Assembly (NCBI GenBank): GCA_964427175.1 | Contig: CAYRTP010000001.1 | Span: 7,836-71,835, forward strand | Direction of reading: 5' to 3' | Length of the DNA stretch: 64,000 nucleotides | DNA from: an uncultured Clostridium sp. | GTDB lineage: Bacteria; Bacillota; Clostridia; Oscillospirales; CAG-272 | Shown: piece after piece, positions 15,262 to 24,074 of the stretch | How the letters are laid out: the number at the start of each line of letters is the position of its first letter | Position numbering within the stretch: the stretch's first letter is position 1 | Notes under the pieces: model-generated | Databases searched by the model: none | The model's input: only the letters and a program-made list of their open reading frames with translations | Told to the model about the DNA's origin: nothing | Program-made: the position numbers and the translations under genes

Positions 15262-15464
15262 AGGGCCTGCTTGAGCTGCTGACCGTCCCCGTGGCGGTGC
15301 TCGCGCTGTGCGTGATCCTGGCCGTGGTGGGCGGGATCGAGAACGGAACCATCTCATACCCCGCCGCCCTGCTGATCACAGTCACCATGGTGGGCATCGA
15401 GGTCGCGGCCATGCGGGTATTTGCAAAAAAGGAGGTACAGGAGGATGGCAAGCAAGACGAGTAA
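15258..15464 (+). CDS. Small membrane protein (2 TM)
   Basis: 68 aa with two hydrophobic helices. ATGA overlap with the upstream gene. Confidence 0.55.
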   Translation: MKGLLELLTVPVAVLALCVILAVVGGIENGTISYPAALLITVTMVGIEVAAMRVFAKKEVQEDGKQDE

Positions 15465-15705
15465 AAAAAGTAAGCTGAATCCGTCGGATGTGTTCGCGCT
15501 CAACCTGAAGGGGCTGATGGCCATCAAGGGCGTATCCGCCGGGGAGATGCACGAGTACATGGGAATCAGTTCAACGACCTTCTATAAGCGGCTGAACCGG
15601 CCCTACGAGTTCACCATGTCCGACGTAGAATCCGCCGCCAAGAAACTGGGCGTATCCGCATCGGCCATGCTGGCGGGTGTGATGGAGGTGAGCGCGAGTG
15701 CCTGA
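15445..15705 (+). CDS. Putative HTH DNA-binding protein
   Basis: ATG at 15445 after AGGAGGTACAGGAGG. Segment VSAGEMHEYMGISSTTFYKRL. Confidence 0.55.
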   Translation: MASKTSKKSKLNPSDVFALNLKGLMAIKGVSAGEMHEYMGISSTTFYKRLNRPYEFTMSDVESAAKKLGVSASAMLAGVMEVSASA

Positions 15706-15925
15706 GAAGGTCAAGAAGCCCTGGCGCGTCGTCCGCTACGATGCGCCGCGGGATCGATACATCATCGACTATTACGACAAAAACGGTGGCAAGTGTGCCA
15801 CCTATTCCGCAAGCCGGGACGACCGACGGGGGATGTTCTTCCTCCGCTTGGAGGTCAGATATCCTTACAGAGAGGTCCCCGGGCGGAAGGCGGTGTACTT
15901 TGATGAGTGCACCTGGGAGATATAA
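15698..15925 (+). CDS. Hypothetical protein
   Basis: 75 aa. The GTG start overlaps the upstream stop. Confidence 0.45.
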   Translation: MPEKVKKPWRVVRYDAPRDRYIIDYYDKNGGKCATYSASRDDRRGMFFLRLEVRYPYREVPGRKAVYFDECTWEI

Positions 15926-15966
15926 CAACTTTATAACAAATTTATAACATAAAGGAGCAAGAGAAA

Positions 15967-17853
15967 ATGGAAAACAAGTACATGACGCTTGAGGAGATCG
16001 CCATGGAGATGGAGGACACCCTCACCGAGCCTGCCGATAAGCGGGCTTTGGTCTACATCAAGATCGAGGATCTGTACCCCCACCCCGACAACCCCCGCAA
16101 GGATCTCGGGGATATTACCGAGATGGCCGAGAGCATCAAGGCAAACGGAGTCTTGCAGAACCTGACCGTGGTGCCTCACATCGACAGCACCCGGGAGTAC
16201 GAGGAGATTCTGGATCGGACCGACTTCTCGCCGGCCTTTAAGAACTACAGCATCAACCACGCCTTTGACGGCGGCTACACCGTCATCATTGGCCACCGCC
16301 GACTGGCCGCGGCCAAGCTGGCGGGGCTCCGCGAGCTCCCTTGTGTGGTCACCTACATGGACTACCGCGCCCAGCGGGCCACCATGTTGACCGAGAACCT
16401 CCAGCGGGCCGATCTGACTCCCTACGAGCAGGCCACCGAGTTCCGCCAGCTCACCATGGACCTGGGTATGAGCGTCTCTGCCATCTCGGAGCAGACGGGC
16501 TTCTCCGAGACCACGGTGCGCCGTCGGCTCAAGCTGGGGGCTCTGGATGGGGAAGTATTGCGCCAGGAGACCGCCAAGGCCGCCGAGCGGGGCCGTCAGC
16601 TCTCTATGGCCGACCTGGAGGCGGTGGCGGAGATCGAGGACCCGGAGGACCGCACCAAGGTGCTCAAAGAGATCGGGACAAATAACTTCGCCATGAGGCT
16701 CAAGGCGGTTATGGACAATCAGGAGAGGGAGAAGAAGATCCGCGCCTGGAAGGAGCTGCTTGAGGCGCGTGGGCTGTCGGAGATCCCGCAAAGCATGATG
16801 TGGGGCACCGGGTGGAAGCCCATCCACCATTTCCTCATCGAGAACATCGATCCCTCTGCCGAGAAGGCGGATAATCTGACCGCCTCTGTCAAGAAAGGCG
16901 AGAAGTGGGGCTTCGCGTATTACTACGGCTGGATCTACATCAAGAAGTGGAGAGACGAGCCCCCCACGGAGACTGTGCCCGCCGTACAGGCGGCTCCGTC
17001 GGTCACCGAGGAGGCCGCGGACAAGGCCGGGGGCGAGGAGCCCGAACAGATGACGGTGGAGGACAAGCCGAAGGGCCCCTCCGAGGGGGAGCTGCGGCAG
17101 GTGTCCTGCACCCTCCTGGAGCAGGCCTTTGCCAACGCCTACGATCTGAGGCGGACCTTCTTCGACGGCATGAGCGAGCTCACGGCCGGGAGGTGCGTGC
17201 AGAGTATGGTGGAGATGATGCTAGACCTGCGAGACAACAGCAATTGCTGTCTGGAATTGTCCGAGGAGGAGGTTGAGATCATCCACCGTCGACTGGATCA
17301 CAAGAAGCCTTTGGTTGCGCTGCTGACCCTGCTGTATTTCCAGCTATGGGACAGCAGCAGGACCTGCTGCAACGATAAATACGGGAGCCGCGCCGGGCAG
17401 TTCAACGAGGAGAATGATGACCGAGCCATGCTGGAAAAGCTGTACGCCGCCCTCACCTCGATGGGCTACCGCATGAGCGACGACGAGAAGGCTCTGCTGA
17501 ACGGGACCCATCGCTACTACTACCACGAGGGCTGGACTCCGCCGGAGGAGGAGGAGAGGCTTGATGGCGAGGCAGAGGCCGAGGAGGCGCACGTCAAGAC
17601 CCGATTCGAGGTGTATCAGGACATGACCGACGAGGAGTTAGATCGGGAGCTGTACGGGTTTGACAACAAAGAGAAAGAGCTTCGGGATCAGATCCGATTC
17701 CAGGAGACTCCCGAAGACGTGGCACGGACCACGGCTCCCTTTGTCTGCGTGAACGAGGATGTTGGTGAAAACAAGCGATGCAAGGCCTATGACAATGACT
17801 GCGAGCGGTGCATCGCTGCCTGGCTTAACGAGCCCTACAAGAAGGAGGCCTGA
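15967..17853 (+). CDS. ParB/Srx N-terminal-domain protein (628 aa)
   Basis: Motifs PHPDNPRK and VIIGHRRLAAAKLAG plus an HTH (SAISEQTGFSETTVRRRL). Long unassigned C-terminus. Confidence 0.8.
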   Translation: MENKYMTLEEIAMEMEDTLTEPADKRALVYIKIEDLYPHPDNPRKDLGDITEMAESIKANGVLQNLTVVPHIDSTREYEEILDRTDFSPAFKNYSINHAFDGGYTVIIGHRRLAAAKLAGLRELPCVVTYMDYRAQRATMLTENLQRADLTPYEQATEFRQLTMDLGMSVSAISEQTGFSETTVRRRLKLGALDGEVLRQETAKAAERGRQLSMADLEAVAEIEDPEDRTKVLKEIGTNNFAMRLKAVMDNQEREKKIRAWKELLEARGLSEIPQSMMWGTGWKPIHHFLIENIDPSAEKADNLTASVKKGEKWGFAYYYGWIYIKKWRDEPPTETVPAVQAAPSVTEEAADKAGGEEPEQMTVEDKPKGPSEGELRQVSCTLLEQAFANAYDLRRTFFDGMSELTAGRCVQSMVEMMLDLRDNSNCCLELSEEEVEIIHRRLDHKKPLVALLTLLYFQLWDSSRTCCNDKYGSRAGQFNEENDDRAMLEKLYAALTSMGYRMSDDEKALLNGTHRYYYHEGWTPPEEEERLDGEAEAEEAHVKTRFEVYQDMTDEELDRELYGFDNKEKELRDQIRFQETPEDVARTTAPFVCVNEDVGENKRCKAYDNDCERCIAAWLNEPYKKEA

Positions 17854-17855
17854 CC

Positions 17856-18566
17856 ATGTGCGAGTTTTGCGACAAAAAGGGCCTCCCCTGCCTGCTGTGC
17901 GGGCGGGCCTGCATGACATATAAATTCGATCGGTCCCGGTGCGGCGGTTGCGGCTCAACCAACCGCCCGCCCAGGGAGTGGCCGATCTTTACCTACTGCC
18001 CCTACTGCGGGCGGAATCTGAACGAGGACAAAAATCAAGAGCAAGAGGAGAACAAGGAAATGAGCAAGTACGTATGGACGGCGGAGGCCGACGAGACCAT
18101 CCGCCGCATGATCGAGGAGGGGGCGCGGGCGGTGGACATCTGCGACGTGCTGGGGTGCAAGGGTGAGCCGCTCAAGAATCACCTGACGGTTTTGAGAAAG
18201 CGGGATCCCGATTTCCCGCGGATCTACAGCGGCTCGGCCGCCTGCGCGGATGACTCTGCCGAGGCGATTACTGCGCCCGTGGTAGATATGTCCCCGGTGG
18301 GACAGGAGGCCGAGGCGGCCCCCGAGCTCCCGGCGGACAAGCCCGAGGAAATCACCCCCGCGCCTACGAGTCAGGAGAAGCTCTTGGAGCACCTGGTCAA
18401 GATGGTGGAGGACCGCGAGATCGAGCTGAAGGTGGCCAACACCGAGCTGGACCGCCTGCGGGAGCAGGTGGAGGTCTACGCCGGGCTGATCGACATCAAG
18501 CAGGCCAAGATCGACGAGCAGGAGCGGGCGATCCTGGCGATGGCGTTGGAGATCTATGGAGGGTGA
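17856..18566 (+). CDS. Zinc-ribbon protein with C-terminal coiled coil
   Basis: CxxC pairs (CEFC, CLLC, CGGC, CPYC). Confidence 0.55.
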   Translation: MCEFCDKKGLPCLLCGRACMTYKFDRSRCGGCGSTNRPPREWPIFTYCPYCGRNLNEDKNQEQEENKEMSKYVWTAEADETIRRMIEEGARAVDICDVLGCKGEPLKNHLTVLRKRDPDFPRIYSGSAACADDSAEAITAPVVDMSPVGQEAEAAPELPADKPEEITPAPTSQEKLLEHLVKMVEDREIELKVANTELDRLREQVEVYAGLIDIKQAKIDEQERAILAMALEIYGG

Positions 18567-18570
18567 TCGT

Positions 18571-18777
18571 ATGGCAAAAGCAAAGAACCCCCTCCCCGCC
18601 CTCTCCCCCTGCCCCCACTGCGGGGGCGGGGCGGAGTATCGGTCGTTTACCAGCCGAGGATGGCTGTATAAGGTTACGACACACTACGTCTCCTGCGCCG
18701 AGTGCTACTGCCGCACCGGCTTTGAGGACTCCCCCGAGGAGGCCGCGGAGAAGTGGAACAGGAGGGTGAGCAAATGA
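18571..18777 (+). CDS. lar: Lar-family restriction-alleviation-like protein
   Basis: LSPCPHCGGGAEY...VSCAECYCRTG...EEAAEKWNRR matches the Lar pattern (CPFCGG...C..C...A...WNRR). Confidence 0.7.
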   Translation: MAKAKNPLPALSPCPHCGGGAEYRSFTSRGWLYKVTTHYVSCAECYCRTGFEDSPEEAAEKWNRRVSK

Positions 18778-19208
18778 AAGCCAACTATGAAATCAAGGTC
18801 AACCCCCTCTCGGTCGGGCTGTTTCCCTCCGAGAAAATGACCGACCGGGAAAAGCGGGCGTGGATTCTGACCGCGCCCTACCGTGAGCAGGAATATGAGG
18901 CCCTGGCGGATGCCATCGTGATCTCGGTCCTGTACGCGCTGGCGACCCAGGAAAACGACCCCCACGGAGCGGTGCGCCTGCGGCGAGACTGGGAGGCTAT
19001 GGTCAAAACCCGCGCCAATGCTCGCAGGGAGCTCCGCAAGCAGGACGGGGAGTATCAGATAGCTATTGCCGGCAAGAACGTGGAGGACTACTATATGCGT
19101 GAGGAGCTCCGCAAGCGGGGAGCTGACGTGCTGGAGTGGGAGCGGCACGTGGACATGGATGACGACGGGGAGATCACGTTTACAGACGCAGGGAGGTGGA
19201 GGGAGTGA
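18774..19208 (+). CDS. Hypothetical protein
   Basis: 144 aa. ATGA overlap with the lar-like gene. Confidence 0.55.
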   Translation: MKANYEIKVNPLSVGLFPSEKMTDREKRAWILTAPYREQEYEALADAIVISVLYALATQENDPHGAVRLRRDWEAMVKTRANARRELRKQDGEYQIAIAGKNVEDYYMREELRKRGADVLEWERHVDMDDDGEITFTDAGRWRE

Positions 19209-19219
19209 AAAAGTCCCCA

Positions 19220-19345
19220 ATGACCCTTGAACAAGCCATTGAGCTGCTCCGCGAAAAGTACGAAAGAGCAAAGAATCTGAAGTACGTCATAAACCCGCTT
19301 GCCTGGGCTTTGTATCAGGTTTGGAAGGAGGCCGACAACCAATGA
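19220..19345 (+). CDS. Hypothetical 41-aa protein (not in the ORF track)
   Basis: MTLEQAIELLREKYERAKNLKYVINPLAWALYQVWKEADNQ. Its stop overlaps the next start (ATGA at 19342). Confidence 0.4.
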   Translation: MTLEQAIELLREKYERAKNLKYVINPLAWALYQVWKEADNQ

Positions 19346-19935
19346 AACTCAAACAAATCGAAAAAATCTGCAAAACCTCCAGCCGCATCGTCCTCTATGA
19401 CGAGGTCAGAGAGATGGATGTGGACGAGCTTCCCGGGGAGGGAGAGCTGCCCCGCCAATGGATGAGCGACGGTGTGGCCGCCTACCCGCTGGACGGGCTC
19501 CCCTATCTGGACGAGGAGGCGGTCTGCGCCATCTTCGACGTGGACGCGAAAAAGCGGGACAAGATGACCATCTCCCACAAGATGACTCTGCCTGAGAGTG
19601 TGGACTTCTCAGACCTCCACGCCGGGGACTCGCCTCTGGAGCCCCTGAACTTCAAGATGGCGTTGGGGAGCGACGAGCTGTGTCTGTTCCGGGACAAGGA
19701 CGGGGCTCTGATGGTCATCAAGGAGGTCTACCGCAAGCCCTTCGACGCTTGGAAGGAGTGCGAGTGCTACAAGCGGATCGACAGCGGCGGCAAGCCCTAC
19801 GTGGCGGTGATCCACGGCTGTGTGCTTCGCGGGGTGATCTACCCCTACAAGATCGGGGACACCCTGGTGGAGACCCTGGGCGCGGTCTACAATGCCGCCG
19901 GGGTGGCGGCGGAGCAGGAGCAGATGCATATTTAA
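19342..19935 (+). CDS. Hypothetical protein
   Basis: 197 aa. RBS GGAAGGAGG. Confidence 0.6.
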   Translation: MKLKQIEKICKTSSRIVLYDEVREMDVDELPGEGELPRQWMSDGVAAYPLDGLPYLDEEAVCAIFDVDAKKRDKMTISHKMTLPESVDFSDLHAGDSPLEPLNFKMALGSDELCLFRDKDGALMVIKEVYRKPFDAWKECECYKRIDSGGKPYVAVIHGCVLRGVIYPYKIGDTLVETLGAVYNAAGVAAEQEQMHI

Positions 19936-20135
19936 CCCCATCGGCTCCCCCTCGGGGGAGCCACCCACTACATTTTACTATATAAGGGACCCGGGAGCGG
20001 TCGGGCAATAGCCTCGGGGCGGTTCAACTCCGCCCGCCCTTACCAAACGGAATCACAGCGTTTGTTTATAAGGTTCGCTACCTTATATAGACCTTGTATT
20101 CCACTATTAAATTTAGAGCCACGAGGAGCGAGAGA

Positions 20136-20738
20136 ATGAAAGCAGAAAAATTGGAGCGACTCAAGTACCTGGATGAGCTCTCCTATCGGGGATTCCTGAC
20201 GGACTCCGAGGAGGCAGAGCGGTCCGCACTCAGAGCACAGAAGCAAGAGGAGGAGCGGTTGAAGGCCGCCAAGCAAGAACAGAAGACACGGAACACCGTC
20301 TCGGGTGAGCAAAGCTCGTCGGAGGTCTCGCAAGAGGTCTCCAGGGGGTACAGGCCCACCTTCCGGGAGGCCATGTCGCAGGCGGCCAAGCAGATCAACC
20401 TGGATGGCTTCCTACAACGGGGGGATGACGGTTGGGTACAGGGCCCCGACTATCAGATGGCCCGCACCCTCTGTATGGTGATGGCCGAGATCTACATGGC
20501 CGCCCCCCGCTACGTCTTCTACGTGGGCGGGATCGCCATGACGGCAGAGCAGGCACAGGCGGTGTACGCGGAGCTTACTTCAGAGCACGTGGAGACGGTG
20601 ATCCGCAAGATCAGACAGAGCAAGGGCAAGACCGTCAAGTACCAGCGGCCCTACCTGCGGACCATGCTCTATAACATGGTCTTTGAATACGAGGCGCAAA
20701 CACAGGCGGGCATGGACTCCGCGCTGTGGGAAACATAA
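20136..20738 (+). CDS. Hypothetical protein (possible replication organiser)
   Basis: 200 aa. N-terminal coiled coil. The C-terminal YLRTMLYN segment is faintly DnaD-like. Weak evidence. Confidence 0.5.
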   Translation: MKAEKLERLKYLDELSYRGFLTDSEEAERSALRAQKQEEERLKAAKQEQKTRNTVSGEQSSSEVSQEVSRGYRPTFREAMSQAAKQINLDGFLQRGDDGWVQGPDYQMARTLCMVMAEIYMAAPRYVFYVGGIAMTAEQAQAVYAELTSEHVETVIRKIRQSKGKTVKYQRPYLRTMLYNMVFEYEAQTQAGMDSALWET

Positions 20739-20750
20739 AGGAGCAAGCAC

Positions 20751-21653
20751 ATGAGCCGAGATATCCGATGGGCCCGAGAGACGGGCTACAATATGGGCCA
20801 GCCGTACTGCGATACGGTTCTTTTCCCCGTGCGCGGACCCAAAAAGGGCCGTCGGACTCTTGGCAAGCCTACTACCCCCGCCCAGGAGGAAATCAACGAG
20901 AAGCACGCCAAGATGCACTTTGCCCGCATGGCGAATGCCAACTTCCAGGAGGAGCGGGACGTGGTGGTGCATCTGACCTTTGACAAGCACCACCTGCCCG
21001 CCACCCGCAAAGACTGCAAGCATGAGATCGACAAGTTCCTGCGCCGCGTCAAGCGGGCTTGGGTTCGGCGCGGCTTTGAGCCGGATCTGCGCTATCTCTA
21101 CGTGATCGAGGGAGAGGACGGCAAACGGCTCCACTCCCACATGCTCATGACGGGCGGGCTGACCGTATCCGAGATCCGTGAACTGTGGGGTAAGGCGGAT
21201 ATCGTCAACGTGGATCCGCTTCAGGCCGGGCAGAAGGGCTATGAGGCTTTGGCCAATTACCTGACCAAGCAGGGCAAGCTGGCCGACGGGGAGCACCGTT
21301 GGTACGGCTCCCGGAACCTGGTCAAGCCCGACTACGAGGAGCGGAACGCCCACATCCCCATGTCCGACGTGGAGGAGCTGGGCGAGTACATACAGAACGT
21401 CATGGATGCCGGGAAAGGGGATATTCCCACCGCCGAGCGGTACGCGCCCATCGAGGAGATGTACCCCGGCTACTTTTGCGCCGAGGCCGAGGCCAAGTAC
21501 ATCGAGCAGTTCCGGGACTGGATCATCCACGTCAAGCTCTACCGCAAGGACACCCGGGCGGGTGTGATCGAGGCCAAGCGGCGGCGGGATGAGGAGCGAG
21601 CCATCGAGGCGAAGAAGAAGCTGGTGGCGGAGTTTGAGAGGAGCGTGAGATAA
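20751..21653 (+). CDS. Possible HUH-type replication initiator
   Basis: 300 aa. Candidate HUH motif LHSHMLM and downstream Tyr motif ANYLTKQ. The assignment is tentative. Confidence 0.5.
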   Translation: MSRDIRWARETGYNMGQPYCDTVLFPVRGPKKGRRTLGKPTTPAQEEINEKHAKMHFARMANANFQEERDVVVHLTFDKHHLPATRKDCKHEIDKFLRRVKRAWVRRGFEPDLRYLYVIEGEDGKRLHSHMLMTGGLTVSEIRELWGKADIVNVDPLQAGQKGYEALANYLTKQGKLADGEHRWYGSRNLVKPDYEERNAHIPMSDVEELGEYIQNVMDAGKGDIPTAERYAPIEEMYPGYFCAEAEAKYIEQFRDWIIHVKLYRKDTRAGVIEAKRRRDEERAIEAKKKLVAEFERSVR

Positions 21654-21902
21654 TTGGCCAAAGGCGGAGGATATGACAGAGGGGATGCCAGCGTGGCCTG
21701 CCCTTATTACATAAGCTCAACTCAAAAGGAGATCACCTGCGCGGGCGGGCTGGATCCAAACGGGAAGGTTGAAAACAAATTCAGAACTGAAAAGAAAAAG
21801 CGGGAGTACAAAGACAGGTACTGTCGCTCCTGTTATCATGCCTGCTCGCTTTGCAAGGTAAACGATAGGGCGCAGGACTTCGAGCGTCCTCCGTCCGCAT
21901 AG
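21654..21902 (+). CDS. Hypothetical Cys-rich protein
   Basis: 82 aa with a TTG start. CPYY..C...CRSCYHACSLC. Confidence 0.4.
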   Translation: MAKGGGYDRGDASVACPYYISSTQKEITCAGGLDPNGKVENKFRTEKKKREYKDRYCRSCYHACSLCKVNDRAQDFERPPSA

Positions 21903-21916
21903 TCCAATTTTCAGAA

Positions 21917-21955
21917 AAAATCCCCTACCAAGGCAGTTGGTGGGGGATTTTCTGC
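21917..21955 (+). terminator. Rho-independent terminator before the late operon
   Basis: AAAATCCCCTACCAA / TTGGTGGGGGATTTT stem, then a T-rich tail. Confidence 0.6.
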
Positions 21956-22117
21956 TGCTTTGTAAACGATTTGTAAACTCAAAAAAATCACCCGTGGGTT
22001 TTTTGGCCCAAATTTGGTATAACAAAAGCATCAAACACAACAAACACACCGCCATGCAGGCGCACAGCCGAGCGCGGGCGGGCGCGTTTATGTGAGAAAA
22101 GCGCGAAAGGAGGCCGC

Positions 22118-22594
22118 ATGGCAAGAGGAATCAAGATTGAGCAATGGGAAACGGCGGAGAAGTTGGCCGAGCTGAAAGCCCTGTCCAAGCATACGCTTAC
22201 CGAGATCGCGGCCCACATCGGCATCCACCGAACCACGTTGGATGCCTGGTGCAAGAAAAGCCCGGCAATCCGCGAGGCCTTGACCCAGTACGATAAACAG
22301 AGAGCCATCGAGGTAGAGCACGCCATGTATGATGCCTGCTTCGACCGCCGCGTGAAAATGACCATCAAAAAACAAGCCCTTGATCGTGACGGGAACGTGC
22401 ACGATCTGACCGAGACCAAGGAGGTAGTGGTACCCGCAGACGTGCGGGCGCAGAAATACTGGCTAAATAACCGCAATCCCGAGAGGTGGTCTGAAAAGCC
22501 CGAGAACCGAGACGAGGACGGAACCGAGGTGATCTCCTTCATCCCCGTCTCCGACCGCATGACCCCACCCGAGGAGGAGGGCGAGGATGGCTGA
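22118..22594 (+). CDS. terS: Terminase small subunit
   Basis: 158 aa. N-terminal HTH (TLTEIAAHIGIHRTTLDAWCKK). Lies immediately upstream of terL. Confidence 0.75.
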   Translation: MARGIKIEQWETAEKLAELKALSKHTLTEIAAHIGIHRTTLDAWCKKSPAIREALTQYDKQRAIEVEHAMYDACFDRRVKMTIKKQALDRDGNVHDLTETKEVVVPADVRAQKYWLNNRNPERWSEKPENRDEDGTEVISFIPVSDRMTPPEEEGEDG

Positions 22595-24074
22595 GCTGGT
22601 AGACCGCTATAAGGCGGGAGACATCGTAGACGGTAAGCGAGTCGCCTGGGTGCCTCAGCCGCGCCAAGCCGAGTTCATGCGCCGATTCGAGGACGAGGTC
22701 CTGTTCGGCGGAGCGGCAGGCGGTGGCAAGTCCGACGCGCTGGTGGTGGAGGCGTTGCGGCAGATTGCCAAGCCCTATTATAAGGGGCTGATCCTGCGAA
22801 AGTCCTGTCCCCAGCTTCTGGAGTTGATTGACAAGGCCTATAAGCTCTACCCGCAGATAGACCCGCGGGCAAAATACAACGAAACCAAGCACATTTGGAC
22901 ATTCTCGAGCGGTGCCAAGATCGTATTCGGGTCGCTCGGCTCGCCGAAGGATAAATACAAATATCAGGGTATCGCATATGACTTTATTGGTTTCGACGAG
23001 TTGACCCACTTCCAACTGGAGGAGTATGTGTATCTCCTATCACGTAACCGGCCCAATGGCCCCGGAATGCTCTGCTATATGCGAGCCACGGCAAACCCCG
23101 GCGGCATCGGACACGCCTGGGTCAAGCAACGGTTCGTGGACGTTGCCCCACCCATGACCACGACGTGGCACGAGGTAGAGGTGGAAAACCCGGACGGAAC
23201 CAAGACCAATCACAGACGTTCCCGCATATTCGTGCCGTCGCGCGTGACCGATAACCCCGCGCTCATCCGCAACGATCCATCCTACGTCGCCCGTCTGGCC
23301 TCCATGAGCGAGGCCGAGAAAAAGGCACTGCTGTACGGAGACTGGAACTCTTACGCAGGCCAGGTGTTCAGCGAGTGGCGCAATGAGCCCGATCATTACG
23401 TAGACCGATGCAACACCCATGTGATAGAGCCGTTCGACATTCCCCACTATTGGCGGATATACCGATCCTTCGACTGGGGCTACAGCAAGCCGTTTTCCTG
23501 TGGCTGGTGGGCCATCGACCAGGAAGGCGTGGCGTATCGAGTCAAGGAGTGGTACGGCTGTCACAGAGATCGCCCGGACACGGGCCTGGAAATGCCCGCA
23601 TCGGAGGTGTTCGCCGAGATTGCCCGCCAGGAGCGGGAGGACCCCATCCTGCGAGGAAAGCACATATACGGAGTTGCGGATCCCGCCATTTGGAACCGGC
23701 AGACGGGAGAGAGCGTGGCTGAGATAGCCGACCGACATGGAGTATATTTTGACAAGGGCGATAATGAGCGGGTTGCCGGATGGGCACAGGTCCATGAGCG
23801 GTTGAAGTTTGGGCAAGATGGCCGATCGAGAATGTACGTTTTTAACACCTGCCGAGATTTTATCCGCACGTTCCCGGCGTTGATATACGACGAGAAAAAG
23901 GTGGAAGATGTGGACACCTCGATGGAAGACCACATAGCCGACGAGACCCGCTATTTCTGTATGGCTAACCCCGTCCCTACCCGCATCACCGCCCCCGCCG
24001 ACCGCTGGCACGAGAACCCCATGTATATGTACCTAGACGTGAAGAAAGGAGACCTGAGAAACCGCAATGGATAA
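22587..24074 (+). CDS. terL: Terminase large subunit
   Basis: 495 aa. Walker A GGAAGGGKSD, Walker B-like GFDELTH, and a C-terminal nuclease-like region with acidic residues. Confidence 0.9.
   Translation: MAELVDRYKAGDIVDGKRVAWVPQPRQAEFMRRFEDEVLFGGAAGGGKSDALVVEALRQIAKPYYKGLILRKSCPQLLELIDKAYKLYPQIDPRAKYNETKHIWTFSSGAKIVFGSLGSPKDKYKYQGIAYDFIGFDELTHFQLEEYVYLLSRNRPNGPGMLCYMRATANPGGIGHAWVKQRFVDVAPPMTTTWHEVEVENPDGTKTNHRRSRIFVPSRVTDNPALIRNDPSYVARLASMSEAEKKALLYGDWNSYAGQVFSEWRNEPDHYVDRCNTHVIEPFDIPHYWRIYRSFDWGYSKPFSCGWWAIDQEGVAYRVKEWYGCHRDRPDTGLEMPASEVFAEIARQEREDPILRGKHIYGVADPAIWNRQTGESVAEIADRHGVYFDKGDNERVAGWAQVHERLKFGQDGRSRMYVFNTCRDFIRTFPALIYDEKKVEDVDTSMEDHIADETRYFCMANPVPTRITAPADRWHENPMYMYLDVKKGDLRNRNG

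Noticed and set aside
19981-20045. Possible complete phage-encoded tRNA
   Set aside because: Only a T-arm, acceptor 3' strand and CCA can be folded. There is no anticodon arm, and only 5 bp of acceptor pairing. It is kept as a low-interest tRNA-fragment observation, not as a gene.
21959-22020. TTTGTAAAC direct repeat (21959-21967 and 21970-21978) and a TGGTATAAC box upstream of terS, as a late promoter or pac signal
   Set aside because: Two 9-mers and a weak -10-like box are too little to call a regulatory site or packaging signal from sequence alone.
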